This document shows, piece after piece, positions 49,901 to 64,000 of a stretch of DNA of 64,000 nucleotides. The translations under genes and the position numbers were made by a program. The DNA lies in NCBI GenBank assembly GCA_021613535.1, contig CP075495.1, positions 2,542,001 to 2,606,000 on the forward strand. The letters run 5' to 3'. Below the pieces are notes generated by a model. The model saw nothing but the letters and a program-made list of their open reading frames with translations. It had not been told where the DNA came from and did no database searches. This stretch comes from Adineta vaga (lineage: Eukaryota; Animalia; Rotifera). Numbering within the stretch: the stretch's first letter is position 1; every line of letters starts with the position of its first letter.

Positions 49901-51594
49901 CACATTCTTAACTCCATTGACTTTTCATGTTTTTCTTCGAAAATACAAGTTCAAGATTCTATATATATATATATATATTCACACGTTTGCTTTACTAACG
50001 ATTCTTAATCATATTAAATAACAAAACATGTCTTCGAATAATATAACATTCTTTTGTTTTCTTCTTGCCATTGTTTTCTTTCAATCAATCAATGGAATGA
50101 TAATTGGTGAATGTAAAGAACCAAATCAATGGAAATCTTGGTTAAATGTTCATCGTCCGAATTTGATTGGTTTGTCTTTTTTCTTTTGATAATATTTCTA
50201 TCATAATCGATAGATTTTGTTTTATTTTGATTCCTAGGTGAATTTGAATTAGTTCCACATTATCAGAAGATCTTCGCTGGTCAATCATTTGTATGTTTAA
50301 AACCACCAGCATTAGAAGTTTTAACAGCTGATAATCGTGAACCATCAACAACAGGCGATACATTTCGTTTTACATTTACTGAAGGTTTTCTTTGTCTTAA
50401 TCAAATAATCAAACCGAAAAAGAAAGCCTGTACAGATTATAAAATCAAATTTTGTTGTCCAGCTTCATAAAAACTTCATTGAAAAAACTTTTGCTATGTA
50501 TTAAAATAACCTTGCTTCTTATTGAACAGATGATAATAAAGAAACGAATGATTTTGGGAGAGAAATAAGAGAAGAAGAAGACGAAGAAGAAGAAAAAAAC
50601 AATAAAGAAACCAGCTCGAAGATGATGGATAGAATTAGTTGATATTGATGAGATGTTGTTGATAGTAGTATAGACACGCCGTCGTCGTCCGATGATATGA
50701 ATGATAGTTGAAAGAAATGACCGTCTTTAGTTCTGACTATCGACACTAACAACAGCAACAGTAACAACAGTAGCAACCTAATTTATCGATGGTAACAAAT
50801 AAATTTCGACTTTTGGAAAGAAAAAAAAAACGATCCAATCTTTCGTTTATTTAGAATTCATCTTCAAGAAATTATAATAATTCCATACCTTTACATGTCA
50901 ATAGTAAAGGTTCTTTTACATATCATTATGCTGTATGGCCATACTTTTGCTTATTTACTATTATTATTCTAGTTTGGCTTGTTTTATATCTTTCAACAAT
51001 CTATTCACGTAGACATCTTCCAAAAGGCGAACGATATCGATTATCATCGATATGTCAAACACAAGATTTTACAACGATCGGTATCGGTGGTAGTGGTGGT
51101 GGCGGTATTGTGACTGCTACTGAATATGAAGTTTCAACAGTGTTATCACCATTGGATGTATAATAATCTTCGAATTATGAAATAAATAAAAAAACGAACT
51201 TTTAGTTGACACTCGATGACAGGATATTAATGGATCTTAAATACAAACGACTAAATATGTTTACACAGATAAATGTCTTCTTTTCTTCCGTGATTATTTC
51301 TCCACATTTCTGCTCTTTTGTCTAATGATATTATAAGTGAGATTAACACAGCAAAATAAAACGCGAAATATTCTCTGATGGTAATTTATATAGAGAAAAC
51401 TTTTTACTCTACCTGAGAAATGTTTTCATAGCAAAACGACTGGCATAATGTACAAATGTGTCTCCATCTTCGTTTAAAACGTAATTAGGATCAATATGAC
51501 GACGAATATCCGAACGTGAACGATAAATTTGTAGAACTTGCATTTCATCTCCTCGCATCATTGCTCGTTTTAATGTTGATTTATTTGAACCCAT
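43942..51594 (-). CDS. ANKIB1: Ankyrin repeat and IBR domain-containing RBR E3 ligase
   Basis: Exon 1 [23 protein letters not shown] joins [14 protein letters not shown] across intron 48201-51412. RING1, IBR (KWCPHSNC), RING2 KNEGCNHIKC..FCWVC, Ariadne-like helices, UIM-like LLRAIEMS. Confidence 0.9.
48537..49779 (+). CDS. Secreted WxxW-domain trypsin-like serine protease, nested antisense in the ANKIB1 intron
   Basis: Signal peptide, [37 protein letters not shown], Thr linker, R|[23 protein letters not shown]; intron 48774-48831. Confidence 0.92.
50028..50470 (+). CDS. Secreted stand-alone WxxW-domain protein (about 124 aa), nested in the ANKIB1 intron
   Basis: Exons 50028-50169 and 50238-50470. 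Signal peptide, [34 protein letters not shown]. Absent from the ORF track. Confidence 0.85.
50789..51163 (+). CDS. 103-aa single-pass membrane microprotein, nested in the ANKIB1 intron
   Basis: ATG|gt (50789-50791), 63-nt intron, then 309-nt open exon 50855-51163: [46 protein letters not shown]. Confidence 0.65.
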
Positions 51595-51888
51595 GCTTTG
51601 AATTTTTTCAATATTTTTGTAGCGTAAAAATAGAATATATACTTGTTAGTTGAGAAAAATAAATAATTATAATTTATTCCAAGGATCTTAGACTAGGAGA
51701 AAATAGGGCAAGAAAAGAAAAATAAGATAATAAACAGAACAGAAAATATATATTTTTTCAGATTGGTTTATTATTTGTTAGAATTCCATTGAAGAGGTCG
51801 CTCGAAGATAATCAATGAGTCATACATGAAATGAATTCATCTCTATTCTTATCATTTATATTGTTTATTGTTTCATTTTTCAGAACAA

Positions 51889-52731
51889 ATGTCTACACCA
51901 TCACCACTTTTACTTCTTGATGATGAACGAAAAGCTCAATTAGATTTATTGAATAAAATTGATCAATCAGGTAAGAATATGATGAAGATATTTTGAAAGT
52001 AATTCTTTCGATTTTATTTAGCCGCTGTTGATATTTGTAATGCAGCATTAGGTTATCTTTCAACAGGTCTAAATACGAAATCTATCACTAGTGCAGCAAG
52101 TATGTACTAATATCATACAGAAAAAACTCATTGTTCTTTTTTGTCAAAATCTTTATTTAGATCATCTTCAATTAGATGTTGAAACTGTTCGAACAACAAT
52201 TGATAGTCTTCTATGGTTATATACTGAATGTGCGAAAACAAAAGTAAGATCTATGAATATGAGAAAACGATTTTAATTATAAAATTTAGATTTCATTTGA
52301 AAGTCTAGAAGAATCATTGAAATTACTTGGTTATAGTAGTCCAATTCGAGAAAGTTTTATTGAATGTTATAAATCCAAAGCGAATGAATTACAAAAAACA
52401 TTAACACGTGATCTTGCACTTTCATTACCTTCTTATAAAAATTTAAATTGGCGATTTGATGTACAAGTAAGTTATCTTAATTCAATTTGTTTTTTTTTCT
52501 ATTTATTTCGAAAGAATTTAGATTGCAACAAGAACAATGCGTAGTCGAAAACAATTTGAACCATTTTTTATCTTAAAATTAACCTTAATCAATGCAAATA
52601 ATGATAAAGAACAAGTTCATCTCTTTCAAATTGATCCATTAACATTAGTACATATTGTTGAACAACTTGAAGCAGCTATGAATGAATCCCGAAGTAGTCA
52701 CGCGAGAAGAATTATGCAAACATTCCGATAA
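51889..52731 (+). CDS. COMMD2: COMM domain-containing protein 2
   Basis: LLLLDDERKAQLDLL N-terminus; LSLPSYKNLNWRFDVQIATRTMR..LEAAMNESRSSHARRI COMM domain. Head-to-head with ANKIB1. Confidence 0.85.
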
Positions 52732-53209
52732 TTATGTCTGGTTTTTTTTCTTCTTCCTACTGTGATACTCAAACTAATGCAATAAACTAGTTTTTTTCTT
52801 CTTTTTTTTATTCACTGTAATTTCTTCTTTCTATTTTCTAGTTCATTGATAGATAATAAAATACATTTGATCATATGTAAAATTTTACTTTGAAACATCA
52901 GCTAGAAATCACGAGTTCTGTTCAATAATAATATCAATAAATTATTGATTAAGAGATAAAATGTAAAATCGATCTAAGAAATTTCTTGTTTATTCATCAT
53001 GCAATATTGTTTTTTGTTTCGAGAATAGAATATTCAATTTATCTAAATCATAATCTTATATTAAATATCAAAATTCGTTTCAAATAACTCCTGATATCGT
53101 ATGGAAAAAATAATCTTCTTAGATTTCACTCTCGCATGTATACACGAAATCTTGTTAATCTACATAATCATTGAATTTTCTTACAAATGAGTTCATTCGA
53201 ACGATCAAA

Positions 53210-54376
53210 ATGAATACAACAGAAGCAACATCGTCACCTTCAACAGATTTTAGCATTCGTCCACATTTTATATTATTCGACATGTTCTTAATTAGTTCTA
53301 TCTTCTTAGGTTTTATTTTTTGTGTCTCATTCATCTGTATATCAGTGGGTTATCGATCCTGTCGATCTATTTTAACTTTACTTTCGGCTAATTCTTGTAT
53401 TGCTGGCTTGATTTTTAATGGTGTTCAACTCAGTAATGCTTTATTATTATTTCGAGATGATATTCATCTTTCAACATCAAATTATAATCAATATTGTGAA
53501 GTTCGTAATTATCTTATGCATGTATCTGGTAGTCTTCTCTATTATTCCTATTGTGTTCAATCCATTTCTCGTTTATTTTTTGTTGTCTTCTATAGACATA
53601 CATTTCTTTTAACTTATCATATACATTTTATTCTTATTGCAATTCAATGGACACTTGGTTTAATGTTACCAATTTCAATTTTAACATCTGGTCATCGACA
53701 ATATCAAACTGAAACAAGTCAATGTTTTATTACGATTAAAGATGTTTCACAAACATTATATGGTAAGAACATGAATAATATTTTCGTTGAAAGATGAATT
53801 GAATCGATTCGTTTTTTGTTTTAGGAATGATTTCAATGTTTCTTTTACCAATGACAATTATTTCAATATGCTATACACATATTGTTTGTTTCGTACGTGC
53901 GGCCGTTCAACGAGCAAGAAAAGCAAATGCAATGCCAATACGAAAATTTAATATTATACGAGATCAAGGTAGATGAATTGTATCTTTTTCGAAAATGAAC
54001 ATCTTAGAATTCATCTTATTTCTAAGGTGCAATACATATAAAACATCGATTTTCTAATACGAAAGATATCAAAGTATTTCGACATATAATCATTCTTATT
54101 ACTGTTCTTTGCATCGGTAAGATATACATGAAATAATCAATTCAAATGATTCATCTATTGAAATATTTAGGTGGTTTTCCTTATTCAATGTTAATGGTTT
54201 TAAACACTCAAAGTATTGCTCCATTCTCTGTCTATCGTCTTTGTATTACAATCTTCTCATTGAGTGTAACAGTTGATATGGGTGCAATATTTTTTTTTAA
54301 CAAAAATGTTCGTACAATATTTTTCAACTGTTTTCAAGGACAATCTAATCGAATCGGAATACTTGTTCGCGGTTAA
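53210..54376 (+). CDS. Divergent class A-like 7TM receptor
   Basis: Exons 53210-53762, 53825-53968, 54027-54116, 54171-54376. Seven hydrophobic segments, Cys at top of TM3 (YCEVR), QSISRL in place of DRY, ECL2 Cys. Confidence 0.75.
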
Positions 54377-54447
54377 ACAATAACAACAACAACTACAACA
54401 ACAACAGAAAAAAGAAGAAATACATACAACAAAAAACAACAAATTGT

Positions 54448-55943
54448 TTATGATAACCATTGACAAATCTGTTCCCAACTTGTTTTATCATGCATATAAC
54501 CACCATGAGAAAGTTTCGGTGCCCAATAATAAGCAATATTCTTAGCTTCTAAATATTCTTTAACTAAACGTACATTAACAATACAATCACGTCCAGATAG
54601 AAGAACATGTATAGGTGGATGATATTTTGTCGATTGTGAATGTATTTGTTCAAGAAATAAATTGTTTTGTGTTCCCCAAAAATGACGACTTATAACATAA
54701 GATATGCCCAATTCTCGACAAACGAAATAATACATATAAAGATGTCCTAATTTATACGGCATACGATAAACAAAATTGTAGATAACATAAGGTTCAAAGA
54801 GCGCAAAACAAATTGGATCAAGAAAAATTAAACGTGAAATATATTGTGGACATTTTTGTACGATCCATGATAAACATGCTGTACCATAACTAGAGAAAAA
54901 GAAAGATTATTTCCTTCATCAAATGTGTTCTTTGTTTTTTCAACGAACCTATGACCCATGAAAATGGCTTTTTCTATTTTGTAATGATCACATATCAATC
55001 GTACAGAATCAGCTGTTTGTGACATATTTGGAATATCTGTTAATGTTGGATAACGCATACAAATACATCGCATGGATATAAAAATTAAACGACGTCGTTG
55101 AGAAAATTGCTTATGAATACGTGCAAGAAATGGTTGATACATTAAAAGTCCTGAACCAATTCCATGAAAGAAAATAATTGGTTCTTCTTCATCATCATTA
55201 CCAGCTGTTTTATCATGATATGTCCAAAATGAAAGATGACCAATTCGAACAAATTCATAACCTCTAAGATAAAAAATACTTGTTGCTAAAATTCCATTCA
55301 ATAATGTATCAGTAGCGAAATAGAATACAAATGGACGAAAAATAACACGAACAGGATCGAGATTATGTTTCATATGAGATACTCGACCAGTTGTTGAATC
55401 ATTCGAAACTGTTAATTGATAATCATGTTCGATTTTGCCGATAAGTTTATCAATTTCTTCAAGTTCATTTTCATTTAAGTCTTGATAGTTTTTTGTATAA
55501 AAAGCAAATGCTAACCAACTGATTACACTTCGACGATCAATATTTTCAAATGGACAATCCATAAACCATTTACTTAATGTTTGTGGAAGATCTTTAATAT
55601 TTGATAAAACATTGGAAACAAATTCATGACGTTCCAACGATGGTACATGTGGTGTCGAATTATGTCGTTGAATGATTGAATATAAATAAGCTTGATAAAT
55701 TAAAAAGATGACTTCTATTGTTGACCATACTGTTAAAAATGAACTTAAATATGGTGATGATATTGGAATAATCCAATTATCAAGGAATAGAATTTGAATT
55801 AACCAAAGAATTGATAATGGTATGACTGATGATATGAATAGAATGAGAAGAAATGAACATACAGCAAGAAAACGATTGGAATAGTAGATTTCCAATAGAC
55901 CATCGAGAAGAGATCGATGAATAAATCGATTATCTTGTGACAT
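54448..55943 (-). CDS. Membrane-anchored alpha/beta-hydrolase, fungal/protist-type (HGT candidate)
   Basis: PIIFFHGIGSG, GHSYG (Ser codon split by intron 54890-54948), FLDPICF, YNFVYR, RELGISYVISRHF, LSGRDCIV, SHG. Confidence 0.8.
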
Positions 55944-56797
55944 TATTTTAGTTGAAAAAGCAACCTAAACTTGTGTTACTTCAACTATTTATAGAGAATT
56001 CTTTGTGTAGACGTCAATATTGGACTTCGATTCAAGATATGCCACGCACGAACACGTGTTTAGTACCGAATAGGTCGTTGAAATTTATATATACTAAAAA
56101 CAAAGTGCATGTTAAGTACGAACGTACGTTGATGAGTCATCCTTTAAGAAATGAATCGTACTAAGATGTGAAAAGAACGAAACATATTTTTGAATCATTT
56201 TATCTATTCCTAAATTCATTCAAATTTAAACAATATCACGATGTCTTTCTTTCCAAAATCCATGTTTTTTGGCAAAAGAAAAATTGCCGTCATAAAATAT
56301 CTCATAAAACTAACGTTTCTTTTCTTCTTCTTCAAATAGATCAAATTACATACAAATCTTTTTTTCTTCTTCGTATTTTACTAATGTATAAGAAAAGAAT
56401 TCTGATCTTCAGATATTTAATCGATTTCAAAAAAAGGGTCATCTATTCTAATAATATATTTCAAAATACGAAAAAAAAACACGAGAACAAATTAATTCGT
56501 CATTCATTGGTTGTATTCACACGCACGCACACACACACATATATCTACTAGACAACATACACATCTGTGATAATCAGACAAGAATAATTCGTAGTTACTT
56601 TTCTCTAGTCGATGAAGAATAAGCATTTTTTCTAAGTTTTAAAAAAAGAAAAGAAATGAGTCATACATACATACACACACACAGAGTAGAAGTTCTAAAG
56701 TTTTAAGTCAAACATTGCTCGTTTTTTTTTGTTTTCACACACATTTAGTTCATCAAATATTCGTACCAAAATGTACAGCATATCTGATCTATTATTG

Positions 56798-56831
<34 letters not shown>

Positions 56832-56998
56832 AGAGAAAGAAATCAACAGAAGAAAAATAATAATAAACAAAAACCAAAACTACACATAGCTATGTCGTTT
56901 TTTCTTGTGATCTGACATTGAAAACAAAGAGAGAAAGAAAGAAAAAAAAAGAGGATTTTATCTGACATAAGAAAAAAAAGATTGAGAATCTTTCGTAA

Positions 56999-58490
56999 TT
57001 ATTTTGTTAAACGTGTTAGTGCAATTTGTACAAAAGCACTTTTACAACAATTATGTTGTGCTATTGAAAACATATTACTTTGTGAGAATTTTTTTTGTAC
57101 ACTCTTTAATTTTGTTGTATCTTGTCCGATAAGTAATTGACCCAATTGTTCGATACCTTGACGAAGTTGTTCAAAAGTATAACCAGTATGAAATAACATA
57201 AATTTTTCTGGCCATAAATGTTCGATTAATAACGACATGGATGTTGAAGAAGTAACACGTTTATATGCAAGTAAATAACGTGAAAGAAATGAAGCACATG
57301 CTGATATGTAAGATGGAAGAAGATGAGAAAATGAATGATCAATAAATGTTAAATCAAGAAGATATTTGCCTAAGGTATGTTCAAGATCAGTGGCTTGAAT
57401 TATTTTAGAATAACGACGAAGATAATTAATTGATAATGGACGACCAAGATCGTAGGATAAGGTTGATATAATACGTCGTTCCATTTCTTTCATGTCTTCT
57501 TTAGAATAAGCATTATCAGATACATAAACGAAATCATTCATGCCCGGAATAGTCATTTCTTCATATTTACAGGCTAATAATAAGGCTAAAATAAAAAGAG
57601 ATTCAATTTTAATTTCTGCGAAAAAATTCTATGAACATCTCGTCTCTGTCAGCTTTTAGAATTCATATTCGAAATCAGATAAGTTCATTTCATTCTTACC
57701 AGCCGATCCAATAAGTTGCAATTCATGTTTGGATACATCAACTAATTGTAAATAACGATCGATAAAATTAATAGTCATATGAAATGTATCCGAAAGAAGT
57801 TTAAAACGATCATGAACTTGATAAAGCCAATCAATTAAAACGGCGCGATTTTGAGGCGACGCTGTGCCTAAAAAAGAAAATCTTTTCTTACAACTATTCT
57901 TTCGATGATTTCTTATTACCTTCACGACGATTGAGAAGAAAATTTTGTCGAATGGGTGTGTGTTGTTCAAGTTCCCTCCAATATTTACAAATGTCACCAA
58001 CATATTCCGAAGCAGTTATAATATTATGTCGATCACCACTATCACAATCAAATTCAACTGGTATATCGGATGAATAATCATCTCCTTCGTAATTTGATAA
58101 ATTTTCTTCAATTTCTTCATCAACAATCGTTGTTGTTGTTGTTGATGAAACAGGTAATGGTGGTGGTGCTGGTGGTAGAATACTAATAACCGATTTTGAT
58201 TCAATAATTGTAGCAATAGACGTTTGTTGTTGAATTATTTTTGGCTTTGAAAGAATTGGTTTATTGGTTAAGGTCATGTTTCCAACTTCACCAAGAATAC
58301 CACGCATTGTACCTTTATTTGAATTCGTCGTTATTGTCGATTGTTGGCCTTTGGAGACATGTTTGAGAATTAAATTTTTTATTGTCGAATTTTCATCTGT
58401 TTCATTCTTTGTTGATGATAAAGTATTACTACTAATGGAATTGTTAGTTTTCCCGAGATAGGGCCGAAGAAAAGCTGAATGTTGATTCAT
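56999..58490 (-). CDS. CCNB: G2/mitotic cyclin B
   Basis: D-box RGILGEVGN, SEYVGDI, NRAVLIDWLYQVH, LQLIG, ACKYEE, DFVYVSDNAY, RPLSINYLRRYSK. Confidence 0.9.
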
Positions 58491-58687
58491 GATAGTGATG
58501 GTCGGAAGTTGTTAATAGCTCTATGGATAGATGAACTCTACAACAAGAAAAAATTGAGAATTTTTAGATTCACTAAAAGTAAAGTTGTGAATGTATTCAA
58601 CACGCACACACACAGATGAATATCGGACGGACGACTATGAATAGACTGATGATGATGATGTGAAAAACGATGTTGGTCAAGACAATT

Positions 58688-58729
58688 GCGCGAAAGAAGA
58701 AAGAACACGAAAAGCTGTTTCGTTATTGG
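58688..58729 (-). promoter_or_regulatory. E2F-consensus TTTCGCGC and CCAAT box upstream of cyclin B
   Basis: GCGCGAAA at 58688-58695 and ATTGG at 58725-58729 on the + strand, about 200-240 nt upstream of the cyclin B ATG. Confidence 0.5.
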
Positions 58730-59044
58730 TTAAGAAAACTATAGACAGTGGCGACAATTAGTTCTTTCTTCATGAACATAATGGACTATTGTTTAAAGAA
58801 AAGAAAAGAAAAGAAAGCATTCGAAATGTAAATTAGTAAATTATTCATTATGATGATCTAATAAATTATCAATATTTTTTTCTTCATTCATTTCGACAAA
58901 AATTCGAAAAAAGAAGTTTTGAAATCGTTTTATGATTTATCTTAAGATATATATATATATATTCACTGATAACGTCAGTATTATGTTATCTTCTCAGCAC
59001 GTATAAGACTTTCTTTTTGGATGTGTAAAACGATATATATATAT

Positions 59045-59341
59045 ATGGGTTGTACAAATTCAACAAAAAGACAAGACAGTGATGTTGGAGGACGTAAACT
59101 TAATGAAGGTGGAGTTAAGAATTTGTTTTATGCAACAACTGAATTCGATATATCTGCATCCGAAGATGAGAATGAAGATGAAATTCTATCGATAAAAAAT
59201 ATGAATAATAAGAATACGAAACGACAATTAACCAAGAAAATTGACGAACTTTCAAGTGGATTAAATACAACAAATACGAATTCATCAACAGCAACGAATA
59301 CTACTTTATTAGACAATCGTTTGAAGCAAACATCGATTTAA
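59045..59341 (+). CDS. Small protein with N-terminal MGCxxS dual-acylation motif
   Basis: ORF MGCTNSTKRQ.. with acidic SASEDENEDE patch; 3' end may be spliced. Confidence 0.5.
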   Translation: MGCTNSTKRQDSDVGGRKLNEGGVKNLFYATTEFDISASEDENEDEILSIKNMNNKNTKRQLTKKIDELSSGLNTTNTNSSTATNTTLLDNRLKQTSI

Positions 59342-59574
59342 TAATCTGAGAGTGTTTTGCGTTTCTATTTAGTCAAATATTACTCAAATGATTTTAATAA
59401 TATTTAGTTGATTTCAAAGTCTCGTTTTGAAAATAAATACATAAGTATGTTATACTTTCGTATTTCATTACGATAAAAATAAAAAGTATATTTTTTTGTC
59501 TTCTCATTTGAATTCTAATAGAAAAGAAAACCTTTCCTTTCAACTAAGAATGACATATTTCATTACGGAACGAT

Positions 59575-60283
59575 ATGGTGAGTTGAAAGTTGTATTTATG
59601 CTCGAAGGTGAAGTATCTTTATGTTACTTAGAATGAAACATTCAGTGAACAACAATTATTCGGTAATTTTCTTATTGAAAAGATTGTCAGAAGATTTCTA
59701 TTTTTTTTTTGTTGAAAAATAAACAGATTTACGTCATGCATTTTCAGCGGTTGATTATAATAATAATGGTTTAGTTTATACGAAAGATATTCCAACAATA
59801 TTTGTCAGTTTAGATGAAAGTTTCAAAACATTCATCATCGAAGAAGATGAATTGCAATATATTCTCAATGAAATCGATCTTGATAGTTCGTTTCTTTCCT
59901 TTTGTTCTTTATTTAAAGTTACAATTTTTTTTTCTTTGAAAAAAAAACACAGATCTTGTTCAAATTACTTTTACTCAGTTCCTAACATTATTGGCATATA
60001 AAATCAATATTACTGATACTGTTGAAGAATTACAAGAAGCATTTCGTATGTTTGATCGAACAGATTGTGGTTATATCACGTAAATGATTTGTTTATTCGA
60101 AGAAGAAAAGAAAAATACAATAATTCTTCTTTTTTTAGAATCGATGATCTATGGCGTGGAATGAATAATCTCGGTGAGAATTTATCGAAGACTGAAGTTG
60201 AACAAATGATGCAAGAAGCTGACAAAGATTTGGATGGCAAAATTACTTTTGCTGAATTTATTGAAATGATTCGATATAAATAA
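59575..60283 (+). CDS. Divergent calmodulin-like EF-hand protein
   Basis: ATG|gtgagt first intron typical of the calmodulin family. FSEQQLFDLRHAFSAVD, TDTVEELQEAFRMFD, NLGENLSKTEVEQMMQEADKDLDGKITFAEF. Confidence 0.85.
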
Positions 60284-60408
60284 TTTTTTTTCGCAAAACA
60301 AGAAAATTTCACTAACTCGCTTTGAAATTGTTCCCTTATGAAAAAGAAGAAAAAGAAAATAACACATCTGACAAATGAAGGCGAATGTAAATTGTTCTGT
60401 TTGTTTTC

Positions 60409-63289
<2,881 letters not shown>

Positions 63290-64000
63290 TATTTCTCTCG
63301 TTTTCTTCTTCTTCTTCTTCTTCTTCTTCAGTAAATCGTCTTGTTAACCATATGACGTTGCTTATATTTATGTGTCTTTTGATCTAACAAGAAAGAAAAA
63401 TCTTGTGAGTATTTTGCGTAGGATTTACATTTATAAGTTAGTCTGTTTGGCGTAGGCATACGTCAGAATCATCGAACCGAAACAATAACATTCAAGTAAA
63501 AGGAAAATAACAAAATGAAACCTACCTAATGACGAACAACTGAAAAAACAACGTTTTCACTGATAAAAAAGAAATCAATACACACATTTTCTTTTCAAAT
63601 ATTCGCTACATCGATGATCTCCTTCATTTTATTTATTATAAGTTGACAATGACTTCTATTCATTTTATTTAATATAAAATTGAAGATAAATGAATAATTA
63701 TTAATCTACCAATGTTTCCTATCATGCATTCAAAAAGATTATTTAGAAGAGAAAACCTTCAACAAATTATACATTACTTTCGTATTGAATATTTCGATAA
63801 CAGTACTATACTATCCTGTAACGTTTGTTATATTTGAATGAATGAGAAAGAAAAATATGTCGTTATTAGGAAGAAAAAATAGAAGAGAGTGATATTCTTT
63901 TTTTTGTAGGTTCCGTGTTCTTAAATTGTTTATTGACATTTGATCAATATGTACGATCGACTACGATGACCTAAATGACATGCGCAATCTTAAATATCTA

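Noticed and set aside
55950-56998. CPE-like elements in the cyclin B 3'UTR
   Set aside because: U-rich hexamers are uninformative at this AT content.
59550-59577. Upstream ATG (MTYFITERY) as the calmodulin-like start
   Set aside because: Splicing from it gives an immediate stop; ATG at 59575 gives the family-typical frame.

Overview
AT-rich eukaryotic DNA, gene-dense, with many short GT-AG introns of about 47-65 nt. Gene content and intron style point to a bdelloid rotifer (inference from B-box orphan-family genes, the 7TM family type and a fungal-like hydrolase; no database check). I spliced about 25 protein-coding genes by hand: a Shisa-like protein, two tandem proline dehydrogenases, a Pro-rich repeat protein, G-protein beta, a PAM2/zinc-finger orphan, eIF5A, PPIL6, kynurenine formamidase, two B-box proteins, DUSP22-like, RPUSD3-like, muscle myosin heavy chain, MTCH-like, Wnt5-like, ANKIB1 (with three antisense genes nested in its first coding intron), COMMD2, a GPCR, an alpha/beta-hydrolase, cyclin B, a small acylated protein, a calmodulin-like protein and Akt. 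I saw no rRNA, tRNA, transposon or CRISPR signal. Most notable: (1) a three-gene antisense cassette inside the 3.2-kb ANKIB1 intron (WxxW-trypsin, stand-alone WxxW protein, unannotated TM microprotein); (2) an operon-like RPUSD3-to-DUSP junction with AATAAA followed by an unpaired splice acceptor; (3) an obligatory 7-nt microexon and a 1-nt frameshift in myosin; (4) PRODH paralogs that differ at the substrate-specificity residue; (5) Akt with a 183-aa tail and a stop-free intron inside its hydrophobic motif. CDS coordinates span first to last coding base, and exon boundaries are hand-derived.
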